From: Cyanophora paradoxa CCMP329
Lineage: Eukaryota > Plantae > Glaucophyta
DNA length: 64,000 bases
Reading direction: 5' to 3'
NCBI GenBank assembly: GCA_004431415.1
Contig: QPMI01000662.1
Span: 117,747 to 181,746, forward strand
The notes under the pieces are model-generated. The model saw only the letters and a list, made by a program, of their open reading frames with translations. It was not told where the DNA came from and did no database searches. Shown here piece after piece: positions 57,342-64,000 of this stretch (position 1 is the stretch's first letter; every line of letters starts with the position of its first letter). Position numbers and translations under genes: made by a program.

Positions 57342-60300
57342 ATGGGGCGGTCCGACGGCGCGGGCCGGGTCGAGGAAGAGATCGAAGAAGCGCAGATCCG
57401 CGAGCTGCAGCGCGGGTACGTCTCGCGGCGTGCCGGCGGGGCGCCGCGGGCGCGGGAACCGCCACATGTGAAACGGCGGTCGGCAGGCTGGTGCAGGAGA
57501 CGGGGTGCGTGGTGGTGGTCTCGCCGGGGCTGCTGGAGGTGCAGCAGGTGTCGGAGAACCTGGAGGTCTTCTTCGGGGTGCGCCCCGAGAAGGCCCTCGG
57601 GCGCTCGCTCGAGGCGCTCCTCGGCCACGACTCGTTCGACCAGCTGCAGGCGCGCTGGCCCCGCCCCGCCCCGCGCTAGCTGGCGCCGAGCGCGGGGCGC
57701 GCAGCGGGCCCTGGCGAAGGACGCGAAGGACCTCGCGGAGCTGCTGCCGATCGCCGTGCAGCGCGCCGACGGCCGCGGCGGCCTCGCGTGCATCCCGAGC
57801 CAGCCCGAGGAGGAGTACTGGGTGCTCGAGTTCGAGCCGCTGGTGCTGGGCGACGGGGCGGCGGCGGCGCTGCTGCCGCCGGGGATGCGGGCGGTTCCGT
57901 GCGTGAACCCGAGCTCGGTGCGGCGCGCCGTCGAGGAGCTGCACGAGCTCGAGGAGTCGGAAACCGGCCTCTTCGCCGCCGTCTGCGAGACCTTCTCCCG
58001 CCTCCTGTCCGCCCCCCGCCCCGCCCCGCCCCGCCCCGCGCCGCCGCCGGCGAGGCCGGGGCGGGCAGGGAGTTCGACCGGGTGATGTGCTACAAGTTCG
58101 CGCGGGACTGGCACGGCGAGGTCGTCGGCGAGGCCCTCCGCCCCGGCGTCCACCCGCCCTTCCTCGGCCTCAACTTCCCCGCCACGTCCGCCCCCGCCCG
58201 CACCCCGGCCCCGCCCCGCAGCCAGTTAGCCAGCTAGCTAGGACGCCGCGCCCGCCCGCCCGCCCGCCCGCCCGGCCGGCCGAGGCCGACGACGCGCTGG
58301 CCGGCGCAGGGACGTGCCGCCCTTCTTCCGGCAGAGCTTCTTCAAGCACCGAGTGCGGCACGTCTCCAGCACCAACGGCCGTGCGCCCCGCCCCCGCCCC
58401 GCCCCCGCGCCCCGCCCCGACCCCCCGGCGGGGGCGCGCAGGCGAGTACGCGGTGATCCCGTCGACGAACCCGGACACGGGGGGCCCGGTGGACCTGATG
58501 CCGTGCGGCCTGCGGGCGCCCACCAAGTGCAGCCGCGACTACTACAACAACATGGGCTCCCACGCCCAGCTCACGTGCGCCCCGAGCCCAGCCGCCTCTC
58601 AGCTAGCCTGCAAATGTGAGCCGGGGGCGCCGGCCGGCCCCCGCGCAGGTTCGCGGTGACGGTGCGGCGGAAGCTGTGGGGCACGATCAGCTGCCACCAC
58701 GGGGCCCCCGCCTTCGTGACCTACGCCACGCGCGCCGCCCTCCTCCCCATCGTGGCGGTGCCCCGGCGCCCCCCGCCCCGCCCCGCCCGCCCTCGCCCGG
58801 CCCGACGCGGGGGGCGGGGGCCAGGCGCTGGGGAAGACGGTGGAGCGGATGCAGCTGGAGCGGCAGCGCGCCACCGAGGCCCGCATCCGCGCCCTCACCA
58901 CCGCCGTCCGCCCCGCCCCGCGCCCCCGCCCCCGTCTCCCCTCTGATGCGCGGGGGCAGATGTACGGGCGGGCGGCGAACCAGCCGGAGAGCTTCCTCCA
59001 GAGCCTCGTGGGCGAGGACGTCGCGCCCCTCGCCTCCTCCGCCCCCGCCTCCGCCTCCGCCGCCACCCCGCGCCGCCTCCGCAGCCTCCCCGCCATCGGC
59101 CTCGCCCTCGACTCCCTCGCCTCCTCACAGGGCAGCGACTCCGGCGCCGGCGCCGACTCCTCCTCCGCCGGCGGCGACAGGGAGCGCGAGCGCGAGCGCG
59201 AGCGGGAGGCGCCGGGCGGCAGCGCGGGCTCGCCCCTGCTCCGCTCGCTCTCGGTGTCGGGGAGCCTCGCGCCGCCCGCCGCGACGCCGCTCCGCAAGCG
59301 GTCGATCGCGCGGTCGGAGTCGGGGTCGGGCGGGGGCCGGACGCCGCACCTGGAGGGGGAGATGCCGCGGCCGGCGCGGCGGCGGCCGCTGGGGATCGAG
59401 GTGGACGCGGACCCCTCGATGCTCCAGATCGTCCAGTGCTGCGGCGTCTGCGTCGTCTACGACGGCGAGAAGGCCCGCCCCAGGCGGGGCGGGGGCCATC
59501 GAGGCGGCGGGGCTGAGCTCCTCCCTCCCCCGCAGGTGTGCGGGGGCGTGGTGCCGCCGCTGGCGGACATCGAGGCGATCTGCGCGATCCTGGACAACCC
59601 CGTCTGCCTGGCGCTGATCGCGGCGGACCTGAGCCGGGAGGGCGAGTGGGAGGGGGAGGGCGACGACGCCGAGTTCGTCTGCTGGGCCGCCGAGTCCGCC
59701 CAGCGCTCCCTCGCTGAGGCCCGCCCCGCCTTCCCCCCCCCCCTCTCCCGCCCTCGTCTCTCTCCCTCTGACCTCGCTCGCCCCGCAGGTCTCGCCCGGG
59801 GTGAAGCTCGAGTGGTCGGGCGGCCTGCTCGTGCTCCTGCTCGACGAGGGGTACGCCATGTGGTTCCGCGAGGCCCGCACCGCCCTCGTCCGCTGGGCCG
59901 GCTGCGGCGCCTACTCTGTCAACGACGAGGGCGGCTACGGGCCCCGCGCCTCCTTCGACCAGTGCGATCCCCCCCCCCCTCCCCCTCCCCCCCCGTACGC
60001 GCTCACGTACCCCCCGCAGGTGGAAGGAGGAGGTCGGGGACCAGTGCGAGCCGTGGAGCGAGGAGGCGCGCCCGCCCGTGCCCCCCGCCCCCCCCCCCGC
60101 TCGCGGCCAACGCGCGCGGGCAGGACGAGGTGGCGGCGAAGGCGTTCCGGGCGGCCATCGCCGACGCCCTCCGCCTCATCGGTGCCCGGGGCCCCTCCCG
60201 CCCGCCCCGCCCCGCCCGCCGGCCTCGAGCGGGGGGCAGGGACGCTGCGGCGGCTGCGGGAGATCGAGCGGCGGAGCGTGGCGGCGCGGCCCGACGCCGA

Positions 60301-63300
60301 CTTCAGCACCCCCGCCGACCGCCTCGTCTCCGCCCTCTCCGTCATGGCCGGCAAGCCCGGTCCGTGCCGCGCCGCCCCCTCCCCGCCCCCGCCCCCCCCC
60401 CCCCCCCCCCCCCCCGCCCCGCCCCCGCCCTCCCGCCCTCGCGGGGCCCGAGCTGGGCGGCAGGGGTCTCGGAGGAGGAGAAGCGAGCGCTGGAGGCCTG
60501 CCTCACGCTCCTCACCTCCCAGCAGAACCTGCGCGCCGCGGCCTCCCCTCCCCCCGCCCCGCCCCGCTGACGGGGCGGCGCGGGGCAGGTACACGCCGGA
60601 CCTGGCGGGGCAGGTGCAGGCCGGCAAGCTCCGTCTCGATCGCGACACCCGCCGCTGGCTCTTCTCCGAGGCCCGCCCCGCGCTCCCCGCCCCGGCCCCG
60701 CCCCGCCCCGCGCTCCCCGCCCCGCCCCCGCGCGGCCTCTGAGGGCGGGGCGGGGCAGATCGCGCCCCAGGGGAGCTCCCGCGCCCTCGACACCGTCTCC
60801 ACGATGCGCGTGCCCCCCGCTCCTCGCCGCGCAGCGCCGCGGGGCGGGGCGGCTGAGGGGGGCGGCGGGGCAGGTCGACGCGATCGATGTCGCGCACGAA
60901 CTCGTTCAGCGGGAGCCACCCGAGCAGCGAGACCGAGGCCGACTCGCCCCGCCCCTGCGGCGCCCCGCGCCCCGACCCCGGCGCCCCGGCGCCCCACGCC
61001 GCCCTGGCCACCCAGCCCCCGCTCCAGTCCGCCCCGCCGCCCCCGGCCGCCCGCCCGCGCCTCCCCCGCCCTCTGACGCGGTACCCCCCGCGCAGGCCGC
61101 GGAGCCCCCTGGTCTCGGGCATCGTGATCGACTCCTCGGAGCTCGAGGAGCGACGGGACGCGCTCTTCACCCTCCTCGACTCGGTGCCGTACCCCGCCCT
61201 GCACCCCGCACCCCCCTCCCCCTCCGTGACCGGCTTTCGGCGCAGGAGTCGCTGGAGCTGGCGTGCGTGCGGGGGACGCTGAGCTCGTGGGACGACTTCG
61301 GTGCGCGCGGGGCGGGGCGGGCCCGCCGGCGGCCGCCGCCCCTCACGGCGCCCGCGCAGACATCTTCACGGTGGCCAAGGGCCCGGCGCTCGGGCGGCCC
61401 CTCTGCGCCACGTGCGCCCCCTTGCCCCGCCGGCCCCGCCGGCCCCTTGGCGCCGGGGCGAGCGGGGCGGGGCGGGGCGCGCAGGGCGTGGATGGTGCTG
61501 GAGCAGCACGGGCTGGTAGCGGCCTTCGCCCTCGACCCGCACCGCCTCCAGGCCTGGCTCTGGTGCATCGAGGACGGCTACCGCAGCAACCGTCCGCCCC
61601 GCCCCCCCCCGCCCCCCCCCCGCCCGACGCGTGCCCCCGCCGGCAGCCTACCACAACAACATCCACGCCAGCGACGTCACGCAGTCCATCGCCTGGCTCC
61701 TCACGCGCGTCCCTTCCCTCCACCCCCTCTCCCCCCCTCTCCCTCCCCATTTCGATACCCCCCGCAGGCGGGGGGCGCTGGCGCCGCACCTGACCGACCT
61801 CGAGAAGCTCGCCCTCGTCATCGCCGCCGTCATCCACGGTACCCCCCCCCCTTCCCTTTCTCCCCTTCTTGTGAATGCTGAAGCCCCTGGCAGACTTCGA
61901 GCACCCCGGATTCAACAACGGTACCCGGCCGCCCCGCGCCCCTCCGCCTCCCCCTCTCTCACGCCTGTACCCCCCGCAGGCTTCCAGGTGGCGACGGCGA
62001 CCGAGCTCGCGCTCCTCTACAACGACCGCGCGCCCCTCGAGAACCACCGTACCCTCCCCCGCCTCGCCACCCTTCGCGCCCCCCTCGCCCGACCTGGTCG
62101 CCGGGCCGGGGCAGACGTGTCGGCGGCGTGGCGGCGGCTGCGGATGCCGCAGCACAACTTCCTCGCCTCGATGAACCCCGCCCAGGCGCGCCCCCCGCCC
62201 GCGCCCACGAGGGCCCCGCTAGCGCTCAATCGGGGGCGGCAGGTGCGGGAGCTGAGGAAGCTCGTCGTCGACATCGTCCTCGCCACGGACATGAGCCAGG
62301 CGCCCCCTCCCCCGCCCCCGCCCCCGCCGCCCCCGCCTCCCCCTCGCGAGTGCGAGCGGGGCCCGCAGCACTTCGAGGGGCTCGGGGTCTTCAAGAAGCG
62401 CGCGGCGGTCGGCTTCGTGGCGGAGGGGGCCCAGGGCCCCTCCTCCCCGCCCCCGCTCTCCGACAGCAAGGCCCGCCACGCCCCCCACGCTCGCACCTCC
62501 CCGCGCCCCCGCCCCCGCCTCACCCCGGCCCCCAGCGCGCCTCCATCTGCCACCGCTCCTCTATCGTCGAGAGCGGGTGCGCCCCGCCGCCCCGCCCCGC
62601 CCGCCCCGCCCCGCCCGCCCCGCCGGCCCCGCCGGCCCCGCCCCGTCGGCGAGCGCGGGCGGGGCGGGCAGGCGGCGCCGACGAACGCGATGGCGGGGCG
62701 GCTGCCGCTGGCGGAGAAGCTCTCCGCCGACGACCGCCGCATCCTCGCCTGCACCGCCCTCAAGGCGCCCCCGGCCCCGCCCCGCCCCGCCCGCCCTGGG
62801 GCCCCCGAGCGGCCCCTGAGCGGGGCGCAGGTGGCGGACATCGGGCACGCGGCGAAGCCGCTGCCGCTGCACGTGGACTGGTCGACGCGCATCTGCAACG
62901 AGTTCTTCGCCCAGGGCGACCGCGAGCGCGACCTGGCCCGCGCCCCCTCCCCCCACGCCCCCCACCGCCCCCCCATCGCCCTCTGAGCGGCGGGGCGCAG
63001 GGCATCCCCGTCTCCCCCTTCATGTGCCGCAAGACCACCGTCATGCCCCGCTCCCAGGCGCCGCCCCCCGCCCCCGCCGCCCCCGCCGGGCCCCCTGACC
63101 GGCCCCGCCCCAGAGCGGCTTCTTCGAGTTCGTCGCCTTCCCCCTCTTCCAGGTGCCCCGCCCCCGCCCCGCCCCTCAGCCCCCCGCCGGCGGCGGCGCG
63201 CTCAGGCGGCGCAGGCGTGGGCCTCCGTCTTCCCCGCCGCCGAGGAGACCCTCCTCCCGCACCTCCAGCGCAACTACCAGGCGCCCCGCCCCGCCCCGCC

Positions 63301-63461
63301 CCGCCCCGTCTTCCTCTGTGCGTGCCGTTTGCTGAGGGTGCGGGGCGGCGCAGCACTGGCAGTCGCTGCCCGTCGACCCCGAGCCGGCCTCCGCCGTCCA
63401 GATCACCAAGGACTCGCCCCGCGCCCCGGCCTCGCCCCGCGCCCCGCGCTCCCCCGCTTAG
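57342..63461 (+). CDS. Phytochrome photosensory module (PAS-GAF-PHY) fused to a class I 3',5'-cyclic nucleotide phosphodiesterase; multi-exon
   Basis: PAS: LQRG|LVQETGCVVV...QVSEN. GAF: FDRVMCYKF..DWHGEVVGE...FLGLNFPAT|DVP...LRAPTKCSRDYYNNMG...LWGTISCHH. PHY: WFRE...VRWAG...PRASFDQ|WKEEV...PW. PDE: YHNNIHASDV, IH|DFEHPGFNN, LLYNDRAPLENH, LATDMSQ|HF, K|VADIGH, EFFAQGDRER, SQ|SGFF. Confidence 0.85.
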
Positions 63462-64000
63462 AGCGCGGCGCCAGAGGCCCCCGCCGCATCTCTTTTCTTC
63501 CTCCGCTTCCCCTCCGCTCCCGGTCACTCTGTGTAGCCGTCGTTCATCATGAATGTAGTGCCTAGTACTATCTATTTTGGCTGCGAGTATTTCCATACAG
63601 TGGATTCGTTTCTATACAGCTTTTCCTTGATCAACCATCGCGCTCTAGGTCGTTATGCGCTGCTTGTGCTGGTTGGCTGCGTCCTGTATTCCCAGATTGG
63701 AGAACCTTGTTCAACGGTTGTATTTCTTTCGTTTCTAGATAGCAGAGTGGGTCTGGCTCCCCCGGGCAACAGGCTGTAATTTGTAGCTTTGTAGATCAGG
63801 GGGATCAAGCTGAGCTCGAATTGCTTCGAATTGCCAGCTTGGCTGGCTCCGATCGCGAATTCGAATCATCATGGCATGATCATCATCATGGCATGCCATG
63901 CCATGATGATGATCGGTTATTTGCAATTGTACTACGTATACGGTACTTTGTCAGTGTGTTGTTAATGACGAATCATTCGAATTCATCAGCACATGCACAT

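Noticed and set aside
1-64000. Numerous long Pro/Arg/Gly/Ala-rich ORFs in host regions; species assignment
   Set aside because: The ORFs are artefacts of very high GC and unspliced introns. The host resembles a GC-rich phytochrome-bearing flagellate alga (for example a glaucophyte), but the sequence alone cannot establish this.

Overview
Very GC-rich, intron-dense eukaryotic (probably algal/protist) nuclear DNA interrupted by an AT-richer 29,092-bp endogenous Polinton/Maverick-like virus (8729-37820). The element has ~1.2-kb terminal inverted repeats and a 6-bp target-site duplication (CGCGCC). It encodes a double-jelly-roll major capsid protein, two head-to-head penton paralogues, an A32 packaging ATPase, a Prim-Pol/D5 helicase, a protein-primed PolB, an rve integrase, a patatin lipase, a very large phage-tail-fibre-like protein and an AdoMet decarboxylase. 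It is inserted at a GC splice donor of a damaged nitrate reductase gene. Host genes: UFL1, nitrate reductase (disrupted), an ABCG half-transporter, HIU hydrolase with a PTS2, a PG-rich (SHIPPO/STPG-like) repeat protein, PME-1, and a multi-exon gene joining a phytochrome PAS-GAF-PHY photosensor to a class I cyclic-nucleotide phosphodiesterase. The best candidates for something new are (i) the phytochrome-PDE, a putative natural light-regulated cAMP/cGMP phosphodiesterase, and (ii) the replication architecture of the virus: 293-bp fold-back termini, iteron palindromes and two replicases. Also notable are frequent GC-AG introns and a palindromic micro-insertion signature in unconstrained host DNA. 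All calls come from reading motifs by eye; exon boundaries are approximate and no database searches were run.
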